Below are positions 1 through 7,229 of a stretch of DNA of 31,886 nucleotides, piece after piece; position 1 is the first letter of the stretch, and the number at the start of each line of letters is the position of its first letter. The notes under the pieces were generated by a model. It saw only the letters and a program-made list of their open reading frames with translations. It did not search any database and was not told where the DNA came from. The DNA lies in the IMG/VR virus record IMGVR_UViG_3300045988_006552, positions 1 through 31,886 of that record; one strand, given 5' to 3'. Made by a program: the position numbers and the translations under genes. The stretch comes from a virus.

Positions 1-360
1 TCACTCCGCAAGCAGTTCGGAAACCGCATTGTCAAACTCTTCGGATAACAGCCAAGTACGGTAGAAAACCTCAAGTGCTTCAGGATTATCGAGGGGCGCG
101 TCGTATGCGTAATCGCTAGCGACGAACCTATCCCAATCATCCGAGAACATGACGTTCTGCATATTCACGGAACTCTTGCTGGCGTTGCACGTCCAGGAAC
201 CATTATCGTTGCCGGTAACCGGAAGTCCAACGTCGTCATACCGATCCCAGCACCATTGCTTGGTTGGCGTAATGCCGTCCGCATAATCCTTGAGGGTTTC
301 GACAATTTCATCCCGCAAATCGGAACGATATGCTGCTGCGAAAGTATTTTCATCAAACAT
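1..360 (-). CDS. hypothetical small, strongly acidic protein (119 aa)
   Basis: ORF track 1..360(-). The stop codon lies inside the terminal overlap. Hand count: 16 D + 9 E versus 8 K/R. A consensus promoter with operator sits just upstream (388..428). Confidence 0.6.
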   Translation of the reverse strand: MFDENTFAAAYRSDLRDEIVETLKDYADGITPTKQWCWDRYDDVGLPVTGNDNGSWTCNASKSSVNMQNVMFSDDWDRFVASDYAYDAPLDNPEALEVFYRTWLLSEEFDNAVSELLAE

Positions 361-387
361 TTCAGATACTCCTTGTTTGCTAATTGA

Positions 388-428
388 TGTGATATATTTA
401 TTATATCATATTGTGTCTTGTGGTGCAA
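388..428 (-). promoter_or_regulatory. early promoter PA with 23-bp palindromic operator (tgtgatata-tttat-tatatcata, 388..410)
   Basis: On the minus strand: TTGCAC (428..423), 17-nt spacer, TGATATAAT extended -10 (-10 hexamer = 405..400). The palindrome overlaps the -10 and the predicted start site. Confidence 0.6.
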
Positions 429-455
429 ACAAAAAGGCCGGGACTCGCCCGGCCT
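426..455 (-). terminator. rho-independent terminator after the ParB-like gene
   Basis: 8-bp GC stem aggccggg/cccggcct (435..442 and 448..455) with a 5-nt loop, followed on the minus strand by TTTTTGTTTG. Confidence 0.6.
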
Positions 456-459
456 GTAA

Positions 460-1170
460 TCACTCTTCCTCGGCGTCCCTCCTTGCTATCTCGATGATCT
501 TGGATACCGCAGCGGCCATATTCTTGATTCCGTTACGTGAAGCGAACTCCGTCACCTGATGAACGAACTCGTCGTACAATTCCATAGGCACCAACCCGAG
601 CATGTCCGCGTTGCAATCATCCACGAACTGTTCAAGTTCCTCGTATTCGCGGGTCAGAAACAAAAACTCAACGGTCTTATATTCGTACTTCACATTCAAA
701 CCGTTCAGGTTGACCTGCTGCGGTTCCACATGTGGAAGATTATCCTGATCGAGTCCGCTCAACAACAAATCGTCCACGCTATCCATTTGCGTCACCAATT
801 GTGCCAACAGCTTTTCATCTGCATGGCCGGTGAGTTCGTTGGCGGCAATCTGCTTAGCCGTTATGGTTGAACGTGTCATAGGTTTCGTGTCCACGATAAC
901 CGGGATACGTTGGATACCGGCGCGGGCGGCAGCTCTTGTACGATGATGGCCGGAAACGATGCTTATCGGCCCTTCTCCGTTCGGTTGCGAACAGTACGGC
1001 AATGACTCCAGCATCCCTCGTAGCTTGATGTTCTGTGTCAGAGCGTCGAACTTACGCGGTTCCATGACTTGCGCGTTCAGGTCTTGTTCCTTGAGGTTTA
1101 CCACGTCAACCCATTTGATTACCAAACCGTCTGCTATGGTCATTTCTTGCGACGTGTCGATATCAGACAT
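460..1170 (-). CDS. ParB N-terminal (ParB/Srx nuclease-like) domain protein
   Basis: Motif ISIVSGHHRTRAAARAGIQRIPVIV. I chose the ATG at 1170 (RBS GGAGGA 5 nt upstream; TAATG overlap with the upstream gene) over the ORF-track start at 1239. Confidence 0.7.
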   Translation of the reverse strand: MSDIDTSQEMTIADGLVIKWVDVVNLKEQDLNAQVMEPRKFDALTQNIKLRGMLESLPYCSQPNGEGPISIVSGHHRTRAAARAGIQRIPVIVDTKPMTRSTITAKQIAANELTGHADEKLLAQLVTQMDSVDDLLLSGLDQDNLPHVEPQQVNLNGLNVKYEYKTVEFLFLTREYEELEQFVDDCNADMLGLVPMELYDEFVHQVTEFASRNGIKNMAAAVSKIIEIARRDAEEE

Positions 1171-2576
1171 TATTTCCTCCTGTTCTCCTTGGCTAGGAAC
1201 TGTCCGAGAATGTTCCTTAAGCCGATTTCGTCGTGCCAAGCGCTCTTATACTGCAATTGGTACTGTCCGTTCTTACGGTCGCGTCTGTCCAGCTTCATCA
1301 GGCCGCGAAGTCCCTTCGCTTCTGGGTATCGCGTGTACTCGACGGTTGCCAGCGCATCGCATGAATCGATGATGATCTGCGACTTTGGCGTAGCGCAGAG
1401 CTGGAACGTGGAACGACGTAACGCTATCATCGTGACCAGCTTCGTAAGCCGATACCGTTCGTGGGATACCCCGAACGCTTGACGCAATACCGCGTAGTGA
1501 CTCTTGTACATAAAGTTCGGCAAGCCATAGCCGATGATCCCTGCAACGTAACCGTCGATTAGTACGAGAACACACATGGGACTTACGTTTCCTGATATCC
1601 GATGCCGCATGACTTGCAGGTACGAATCTTGGGCCGCGCTATCGTGCAACGGTACGACCTCGATTTTAGAACGTTCGGTAATCGGATGATCTCTCGGTAA
1701 TATCGGTATAGGTATATCCGCCGATTTCGAAGACGCCACAGTCACCATGTTCCCGCCGACAAGACGTTTGACCTCGTTCGGACGGTTGGAATTCATGTAA
1801 ATCACACTGTCAAGCCCAAGACGCCTAGCATATACCGGGCTGGCCGTCGCAGCGTTCCCGGGCGTTTGCTGTTGCTGGCAGACAAGCAGCGCCTTACGTC
1901 CATCGAACATTTTGCAGAGCTTGGGGATATCGACGGGAGCGTTGAATACGTTGTATTCAGGTTCCGCCCATTGGAATCTACCACCGGTGTCGAAGAACTT
2001 TTCATAAGCGCCCGGATACGTAGGAGGATTTGCGAACACGATGGTGTTCGGGTCGTCCATGATGCGTTCCGCGTATTTCATCGGGTCGGTGGCCTCGTAT
2101 CTCAGCCCCTCAAGTCTGACCATATTCGCTGCGATTCGTTCCCGTAACTGTCCGACGTGTTCCGAATCGTTGATGTCAAGATCGGCCAGAAGTTCACGGT
2201 AGTAATCGACATCTTCGTGCTTGCTGAGCCGCATACGGTATTGCGCCATGATTACGGTAGCCGCATCGTCCGCCGCGTTTCCGGAGAGAGGTAGTGGTGC
2301 ATCGTCAACCGTCGCCTGCATTTCGGTGAGAGGCTTACCGCTGTACGCATATCCGAGCGCTGCGGTGTACGCCCACACGTCGCACGCTTCGATCTGTTCC
2401 GGTTTCCAGCCGTTCTCTATGGCGACCATGCAGTTTGCGAAGGCTCCGGCGTACAGTTCGACGTATCGCGTATACCCTGATGCGAGTGCCTGCCTGAACA
2501 GATTCCCGTTCCAATCGCGTTCGGGTTTATCCCAAGTGTTGAGGAACAGGATGGACGGTGAGTTGAAACCTGCCAT
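1170..2576 (-). CDS. putative Dam-like (alpha-class) DNA N6-adenine methyltransferase with an uncharacterised C-terminal region of about 200 aa
   Basis: N-terminal YVELYAGAFANCMV (motif I-like) and VFANPPTYPG (motif IV-like, non-canonical NPP-T-Y). The start is set at the ATG at 2576 because the longer ORF (to 2624) would run through the tRNA gene. Confidence 0.55.
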   Translation of the reverse strand: MAGFNSPSILFLNTWDKPERDWNGNLFRQALASGYTRYVELYAGAFANCMVAIENGWKPEQIEACDVWAYTAALGYAYSGKPLTEMQATVDDAPLPLSGNAADDAATVIMAQYRMRLSKHEDVDYYRELLADLDINDSEHVGQLRERIAANMVRLEGLRYEATDPMKYAERIMDDPNTIVFANPPTYPGAYEKFFDTGGRFQWAEPEYNVFNAPVDIPKLCKMFDGRKALLVCQQQQTPGNAATASPVYARRLGLDSVIYMNSNRPNEVKRLVGGNMVTVASSKSADIPIPILPRDHPITERSKIEVVPLHDSAAQDSYLQVMRHRISGNVSPMCVLVLIDGYVAGIIGYGLPNFMYKSHYAVLRQAFGVSHERYRLTKLVTMIALRRSTFQLCATPKSQIIIDSCDALATVEYTRYPEAKGLRGLMKLDRRDRKNGQYQLQYKSAWHDEIGLRNILGQFLAKENRRK

Positions 2577-2579
2577 CAG

Positions 2580-2652
2580 ACCGCCCCCCAAGAGTCGAAC
2601 TTGGTGCCTCCCTGTTCGAGACAAGGCGCTCTATCCGGTGAGCTAGGGGCGG
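2580..2652 (-). tRNA. tRNA, most simply read as tRNA-Arg(UCG), with an atypical C at position 33
   Basis: Hand-folded 73-nt cloverleaf. Acceptor CCGCCCC/GGGGCGG. D arm GCTC-ACCGGATA-GAGC. Anticodon arm CCTTG-TCTCGAA-CAGGG. Variable loop AGGCA. T arm CCAAG-TTCGACT-CTTGG. Discriminator T; no encoded CCA. Confidence 0.75.
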
Positions 2653-2660
2653 AACAGTTA

Positions 2661-3059
2661 TCAGAATAGCACATTTTGGTCGGCCTCCAAACCTTTTTGT
2701 AATTCCTTGACTTCTTCACCGGTCTTTTCCTGCCACCATTGGGCGAAAATCGTCCGGTGGCACAAGCATTTGCTTACGTCATCGAAGCATAGAAGCACGA
2801 TGTCTTTTCCGCTGTTGAGTTGCGATATTGTTTCAAGTTCCGTTCTGATGCGAGCGACCCCGTGCGAGTCCAGCATGGAACGATACCGTTCGGTGAATTC
2901 TTCGTCTGTTCCTTCCATGAACCATCGGCCCGGCGTTACTGTTTTCGCCGATGCTGCGATCGTGTATGGCAGACGCCATCGTGGCGAACCGTATGTTATG
3001 CGTACCGGTATGCCTTGTGCCGGGGTGAAGTCGCGGTATCGGTTTGTGTAGATCTTCAT
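2661..3059 (-). CDS. DUF488 family protein
   Basis: Pattern KIYT..YR....PV.IT.G.PRW.LPY...P..W, then IVLLCF.D...CHR..FA.WW.E.TGEEV.EL, typical of DUF488. Start at the ATG at 3059 (MKIYT). Confidence 0.6.
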   Translation of the reverse strand: MKIYTNRYRDFTPAQGIPVRITYGSPRWRLPYTIAASAKTVTPGRWFMEGTDEEFTERYRSMLDSHGVARIRTELETISQLNSGKDIVLLCFDDVSKCLCHRTIFAQWWQEKTGEEVKELQKGLEADQNVLF

Positions 3060-3080
3060 GTGTATCCTTTCTATGCAATG

Positions 3081-3122
3081 TGTGATATACATATTATATC
3101 ACATTGTTGGTTCTTGTTGCAA
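3081..3122 (-). promoter_or_regulatory. early promoter PB with 23-bp palindromic operator (tgtgatata-catat-tatatcaca, 3081..3103)
   Basis: On the minus strand: TTGCAA (3122..3117), 18-nt spacer, TGATATAAT (-10 = 3098..3093). It lies in the 3' end of the initiator gene. Confidence 0.6.
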
Positions 3123-4007
3123 ATTGACCCCATTCTTAACTTCGTCTGGAAAGAATTCCTTTTCCAGCGCCTCCACACCACCGGTGGCACCCCAATACGC
3201 ACGCCTCGCCCTCAGAACGGTCGACACATCAGCAGACATGGAATCAGGAAGCCTATTGGCCATCCAATGCGTTAACTGCGCTTCGCTCCGCTGCTCCTGC
3301 TTCTGGGCTCTCCAATTAATCGGGTTGGCCAGCCACACGGGGAGAGTCCGCACGTACTGCAATGGCGTACCCTCGCACGACTCCACGAAACGTTTCGCCG
3401 CCCTCATAAGCGCATCGGCACCAACCTCATCGAACGCCTGATTGAAATACCTGATGAATTCATTGGACACCCTGCACTTCTTCGGCCACAATCCCATAAG
3501 CGACTTGAGCGTATCCACTGAATGGCAGGCGACTGTTATTTTTTCTTCGCCGCGCGAGTATTGTTCTTGGGTTTTGTTCTCTTGGGTATTGTTAGTCAAA
3601 ACCTCGTTTTGGGGTAGGTCAAAAGCACGTTTTGAGGGGTCAAAAGCACGTTTTGAGGTCGAAACAGGGTCAAAAGCACGTTTTGAGGTCGAAACAGGGT
3701 CAAAAGCAGATTCCGGTGTCGGCTTCCACAGTGAGACGTGATACCGGTTGGCCCTGCCATCGGACTTGACCCGTCGAATGTAACCCAATTGCTCAAGCAC
3801 GTTGAGGCTCTTGGATACCGTGGGCTGTGAGCAACGCGCGATCTTCGCCAACCGCTCCAGACTGGGCCAACATACGCCGGTGTTGTCGGCGTGGCGTATC
3901 AGCGCCATGTACACCAGCAGGTCATAGCCGCCCAGCCGGTCATCGTCCACCGCCCAATTCGGCAGCATCGAAAAACCAGAGTTCTGTGCTATACTCGTAT
4001 CGGACAT
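3099..4007 (-). CDS. replication initiator / replisome organiser-like protein with an N-terminal winged HTH
   Basis: N-terminus LLVYMALIRHADNTGVCWPSLERLAKIARCSQPTVSKSLNVLEQLGYIRR, then a central repeat linker encoded by the iterons. ATG at 4007 has RBS AAGGTGG 5 nt upstream (the GTG at 4016 is an alternative). Confidence 0.55.
   Translation of the reverse strand: MSDTSIAQNSGFSMLPNWAVDDDRLGGYDLLVYMALIRHADNTGVCWPSLERLAKIARCSQPTVSKSLNVLEQLGYIRRVKSDGRANRYHVSLWKPTPESAFDPVSTSKRAFDPVSTSKRAFDPSKRAFDLPQNEVLTNNTQENKTQEQYSRGEEKITVACHSVDTLKSLMGLWPKKCRVSNEFIRYFNQAFDEVGADALMRAAKRFVESCEGTPLQYVRTLPVWLANPINWRAQKQEQRSEAQLTHWMANRLPDSMSADVSTVLRARRAYWGATGGVEALEKEFFPDEVKNGVNLQQEPTM
3595..3710. repeat. iteron array (putative origin of replication) inside the initiator gene
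   Basis: The exact 21-mer ggtcaaaagcacgttttgagg occurs at 3617..3637, 3638..3658 and 3668..3688. An identical 30-mer occurs at 3638..3667 and 3668..3697. A degenerate copy is at 3595..3614 and a partial copy at 3698..3708. Each unit has inverted arms TCAAAA-N5-TTTTGA. Confidence 0.6.
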
Positions 4008-4121
4008 ATTTTCCACCTTTCTGTTAGCGCCTTCCTTCAGTTCTCTAGGGGAGGCGCTTACTTTATTCCTGTTCCTATCTTATTGATGTCGGTGCGCACG
4101 ATTTCCAATGCTCATATATAT

Positions 4122-4150
4122 ATTATATAACTAGAACATGCTGCTTGCAA
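4122..4150 (-). promoter_or_regulatory. leftward promoter for the replication initiator gene
   Basis: On the minus strand: TTGCAA (4150..4145), 17 nt, TATAAT (4127..4122). This leaves a leader of about 100 nt to the ATG at 4007. Confidence 0.55.
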
Positions 4151-4173
4151 TCAAGAATAATCTGACGTATACT
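4145..4173 (+). promoter_or_regulatory. rightward promoter giving a leaderless HTH mRNA
   Basis: TTGCAA (4145..4150), 17 nt, TATACT (4168..4173). The ATG at 4180 lies 7 nt after the -10, and there is no room for an SD. Confidence 0.55.
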
Positions 4174-4179
4174 TGAATC

Positions 4180-4362
4180 ATGTACGCTAAAGACTACACC
4201 GCAACGACGGAACAGTACGCTGAACGCTGGCACCTCAACATCCAAACAGTCCGACGATACTGCCGCGAGAAACGACTGCCATACATCAAGGTAGGCAACC
4301 GCTACTACTTCAACCCCGACATCACACCACTACCAGTAGGAGAAACGATCAACGATGAATGA
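4180..4362 (+). CDS. excisionase-family / MerR-like HTH DNA-binding protein (60 aa)
   Basis: TTEQYAERWHLNIQTVRRYCREKRLPYIKVGNRYYF matches the HTH_17 pattern. Confidence 0.65.
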   Translation: MYAKDYTATTEQYAERWHLNIQTVRRYCREKRLPYIKVGNRYYFNPDITPLPVGETINDE

Positions 4363-4810
4363 CCCAAGAATCACGCTACCGCTCGCACGCTTGGCGGCAG
4401 ATCCAGAACGCAAACAGACCCGCAACGGCACCCAATACATGCTTATCCGAGTCGCCGCCACAGGCGGACACATGGACAAAGACACTAAACAGTGGGTGGA
4501 CCACGACACCATGTGGGCGACCATCTTCGAATATGACATGAGACTTGCCGAAACTTACGAACGCATGTTGCGCAAGGGTACACCGGTACATGTCGAGGGA
4601 GTCCTGAAATGGAAGACCGGCACCGACAATCATGGTCAGCCTCGCACCGATTTCATCATCGAACACGCGACCATCAGTCTGGCCATGCTCAAGGCGAAGA
4701 GCCAGCAGGCTCAGCAAGCCCAACAGTCCAGCAACCAATGGCAGGGAACAGACCCGTTCGGCCCGACCGACTCATCCAACCAGATCGACAACGAATGGAA
4801 AGAATTCTGA
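4355..4810 (+). CDS. ssb: single-stranded DNA-binding protein
   Basis: OB-fold N-terminus (ITLPLARLAADPERKQTRNGTQYMLIRVAA), a Q-rich linker and an acidic/aromatic tail DNEWKEF. Confidence 0.75.
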   Translation: MNDPRITLPLARLAADPERKQTRNGTQYMLIRVAATGGHMDKDTKQWVDHDTMWATIFEYDMRLAETYERMLRKGTPVHVEGVLKWKTGTDNHGQPRTDFIIEHATISLAMLKAKSQQAQQAQQSSNQWQGTDPFGPTDSSNQIDNEWKEF

Positions 4811-5091
4811 TGGCAATAAACATGACCGAGAAAGACAAGACGCTCAACGAGATTATCGACTGGTGCGAACAGATGGAAGCGGAAGGCTTGAGACTGGCGA
4901 GCGCTCTTCTGATGCAGCATGACACGGCAGCATACGGTGTCATGCAGGGACAAATCAACGCATACGAAAAGACGGCCGACCACTGCCGTTCCTTGCTCGT
5001 CTATTCCGTCTCAATGCCGTCCGAGATGCCGAATCAAAGCGAAGACGCGACGAAGAAACCGCACAGGCAGACGAAAAAGCCTGCGAATTAG
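4810..5091 (+). CDS. hypothetical protein (93 aa)
   Basis: The ATG overlaps the ssb stop (TGATG). It is an in-frame part of track ORF 4609..5091. Confidence 0.5.
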   Translation: MAINMTEKDKTLNEIIDWCEQMEAEGLRLASALLMQHDTAAYGVMQGQINAYEKTADHCRSLLVYSVSMPSEMPNQSEDATKKPHRQTKKPAN

Positions 5092-5116
5092 CCGACAAAC
5101 TCAACAAGGAGAAATC

Positions 5117-5299
5117 ATGAAACACGACGAACAGATAACCATGTACAGCTTGGAATCGGAAACCATGTGCAGCTTGGAATGGTTGGAACACGAACGCCGC
5201 AAGGCATGGCAGGAAGGTTACGCGGCCGGTTGGAAAGACCAGGAATGCGATTTTCCGCCACACACCACCGAAAACCCGTATAAGGAGTCCGTTGAATGA
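5117..5299 (+). CDS. hypothetical protein (60 aa)
   Basis: RBS AAGGAG at 5107..5112, then the ATG at 5117. In frame within track ORF 4919..5299. Confidence 0.5.
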   Translation: MKHDEQITMYSLESETMCSLEWLEHERRKAWQEGYAAGWKDQECDFPPHTTENPYKESVE

Positions 5300-5385
5300 A
5301 ACGCAACCCGTTTGAAATCCTGTTCGCGGTCACGTTGACCGTCTGCCTGTGCGTCGCCCCGATCATCATATTCGCAATCAGTTAA
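5296..5385 (+). CDS. possible small membrane peptide (29 aa, MKRNPFEILFAVTLTVCLCVAPIIIFAIS)
   Basis: ATGA overlap with the upstream stop and a single hydrophobic helix. It is below the ORF-track size cutoff. Confidence 0.3.
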   Translation: MKRNPFEILFAVTLTVCLCVAPIIIFAIS

Positions 5386-5445
5386 GGAACCGACCATCTC
5401 AAGACGGAAAACGCAACCAACATTCGACTTGGCGGAGGTCAACCA

Positions 5446-5895
5446 ATGATCGACGAACCATTCTCGTTCAGCTTGTTCATTCCCGGCATACCAGCCAGTA
5501 AAGGCTCCTACCGTCCAATCACCGGCAGAAGCCGCACCACAGGCAAACCAGTAACCCGACTCATACCAATGGACAAGAAGGAACGCCCGTGGCGCGACCA
5601 CGTGCGCGACACCATCCTCAGCCACAAACACCCAACCATCCCACACGACTCATACGTGACAGTAGAAACAACGTTCTACCTGCCCCGCCCCAAAACCATC
5701 CCACCCAGAAAACGAAAACACCCAACAGTCAAACCAGACATAGACAAACTCCAACGCGCCCTATACGACGCCATAACCGAAACCCACATCTGGCACGACG
5801 ACTGCCAGATCACCGACGTAACCAGCCACAAACGCTACGCCGACAACACCCCCACCGGCGTATTCCTCACAATCACATGGGAGCCAAACCAATGA
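5446..5895 (+). CDS. rusA: RusA-family Holliday junction resolvase
   Basis: GIPASKGS... then KPDIDKLQRALYDAITETHIWHDDCQI, the RusA signature. RBS GGAGG upstream. Confidence 0.8.
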   Translation: MIDEPFSFSLFIPGIPASKGSYRPITGRSRTTGKPVTRLIPMDKKERPWRDHVRDTILSHKHPTIPHDSYVTVETTFYLPRPKTIPPRKRKHPTVKPDIDKLQRALYDAITETHIWHDDCQITDVTSHKRYADNTPTGVFLTITWEPNQ

Positions 5896-6068
5896 AAAAC
5901 CACAGCGAATTCGACTACTTCCGCAACAACAACAAGCCGGAGAAAAACACTTTCAGCTACAAAATAGGCCGCATACTCGGACTCCTACTACTCACCCTAG
6001 CAGTCCTACTCGTCACCACATGCACCATAGCCCTACTCAAACTCCTCATAACCTACATCCTCGCCTGA
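5892..6068 (+). CDS. small membrane protein (58 aa)
   Basis: ATGA overlap with the rusA stop. C-terminal TM segment ILGLLLLTLAVLLVTTCTIALL. Confidence 0.45.
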   Translation: MKNHSEFDYFRNNNKPEKNTFSYKIGRILGLLLLTLAVLLVTTCTIALLKLLITYILA

Positions 6069-6096
6069 AGACGTCGAATACTACTAGGAGACCCCA

Positions 6097-6756
6097 GTGA
6101 ACACTGAAATACAACAGTTCTACTTCCATAACGCTGCATTGCGTACCCTGACCGACGAAGCAGGGGAGCCTTGGTCCGTCGCCAAGGACGTGTGCGACAT
6201 CCTCGGCCACTCAAACGTGAGCATGGCGCTTGATCGTCTCGATGATGACGAACGGCCTAAGTTCAAATTAGGGCGTCAAGGTGAGACCAACATCGTCAAC
6301 GAAGCCGGTCTCTACAGCCTCGTGCTCGGATCCCGCAAGCCTGAGGCCCACGAGCTCAAACGTTGGGTGACTCACGAGGAGCTGCCGTCCATCCGCAAGC
6401 ATGGCGCATACATGACCCAGCAGACTCTAAACAAGGCACTCACCAGCCCAGACTTCCTTATCCAGCTCGCCACCAAGTCGAAAGAGGAACAGGAGAAAGT
6501 CAAGGAACTGGAACCGAAAACACGGTTCGCCGACGCAGTGGCCACGTCGGACGGCACCCGCCTGATCGGAAAACTGGCGAAGATGCCGCGCCAGAACGGT
6601 TTGGACATCGGCCAGAACCGCCTTCTCGAGATTCCCCGACATGACGGCTACTTGGGTAAGACCGGCTCGAACCGCAACATGCCAACACAACGCGCGATGG
6701 ACTTGGGACGTTCCGAATCAAGGAAACCGCCATCACCCATTCGGACGGCCACGTGA
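6097..6756 (+). CDS. Bro-N / KilAC phage antirepressor, apparently frameshifted near 6711
   Basis: GTG start with RBS AGGAG. Bro-N motifs (FHNAALRTL..GEPWSVAKDVCDILGH) and KilAC motifs (NMPTQRAMDLG). The conserved KilAC C-terminus FRIKETAITHSDGHVTINRTAKVTGKGQTYFINRY is read in the -1 frame at 6711..6845. Confidence 0.7.
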   Translation: MNTEIQQFYFHNAALRTLTDEAGEPWSVAKDVCDILGHSNVSMALDRLDDDERPKFKLGRQGETNIVNEAGLYSLVLGSRKPEAHELKRWVTHEELPSIRKHGAYMTQQTLNKALTSPDFLIQLATKSKEEQEKVKELEPKTRFADAVATSDGTRLIGKLAKMPRQNGLDIGQNRLLEIPRHDGYLGKTGSNRNMPTQRAMDLGRSESRKPPSPIRTAT

Positions 6757-6854
6757 CCATCAACCGCACCGCGAAAGTAACCGGCAAAGGCCAGACATAC
6801 TTCATCAACCGCTACTGCACACAAACTAAACCCAAGAAAGCATAAAATACCCTT

Positions 6855-7229
6855 ATGAGCAACGTAACCCGAGACGCCCACGGCAGAATCACCGGAGGCG
6901 TCAACAATCCAACAGGTAAAGGCGGCTTCCAAGAACGCCCACAAGACCGTAGCCGCAAATGGACAAAACGCGGCAGCGTGAAATACAACCTCCAACAATT
7001 CCTTGAACTCACGAACGAGGAACTAGCGGAATGGGTGCAGCGCATGGACGAACTGACCCAAGCAGAACAGATCGCCCTACGCCGTGTACTCGAATCGAAG
7101 AAAGACGGTGAAAAAGCATTCCGCGCCTATCAGGACATCGCCAACCGTACCGAAGGAATGCCCCGCCAGCAGGTTGACCAGACGGTGCAGATGTACGAGC
7201 CGCCAACAATCAACGTCACGGTGAAGTGA
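6855..7229 (+). CDS. terS: terminase small subunit (putative)
   Basis: Sits immediately upstream of terL. N-terminal GGVNNPTGKGGFQERP motif, typical of small terminases and DUF5681. Confidence 0.5.
   Translation: MSNVTRDAHGRITGGVNNPTGKGGFQERPQDRSRKWTKRGSVKYNLQQFLELTNEELAEWVQRMDELTQAEQIALRRVLESKKDGEKAFRAYQDIANRTEGMPRQQVDQTVQMYEPPTINVTVK

Noticed and set aside
1-55. The 55-bp terminal repeat as a biological DTR or cos end.
   Set aside because: An exact, short, fixed-length overlap on a contig is far more typical of assembler circularisation. The large terminase looks like a headful type. This cannot be fully excluded without reads.
460-1170. The ParB-like protein as evidence for a plasmid-prophage partition system.
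   Set aside because: There is no ParA ATPase and no parS-like repeat cluster. Stand-alone ParB/Srx nuclease-domain proteins coupled to methyltransferases are common in phages.
2580-2652. The phage tRNA as a suppressor for the in-frame TAG at 24477 or the TAA at 16162.
   Set aside because: The anticodon loop is UCUCGAA. No register gives CUA or UUA, so the tRNA cannot explain either stop codon.
3595-3710. The tandem 21/30-bp repeats as a CRISPR array.
   Set aside because: The repeats are directly adjacent or separated by a constant 9-nt segment, so there are no unique spacers. They lie in frame inside a coding gene. An iteron or origin interpretation fits better.
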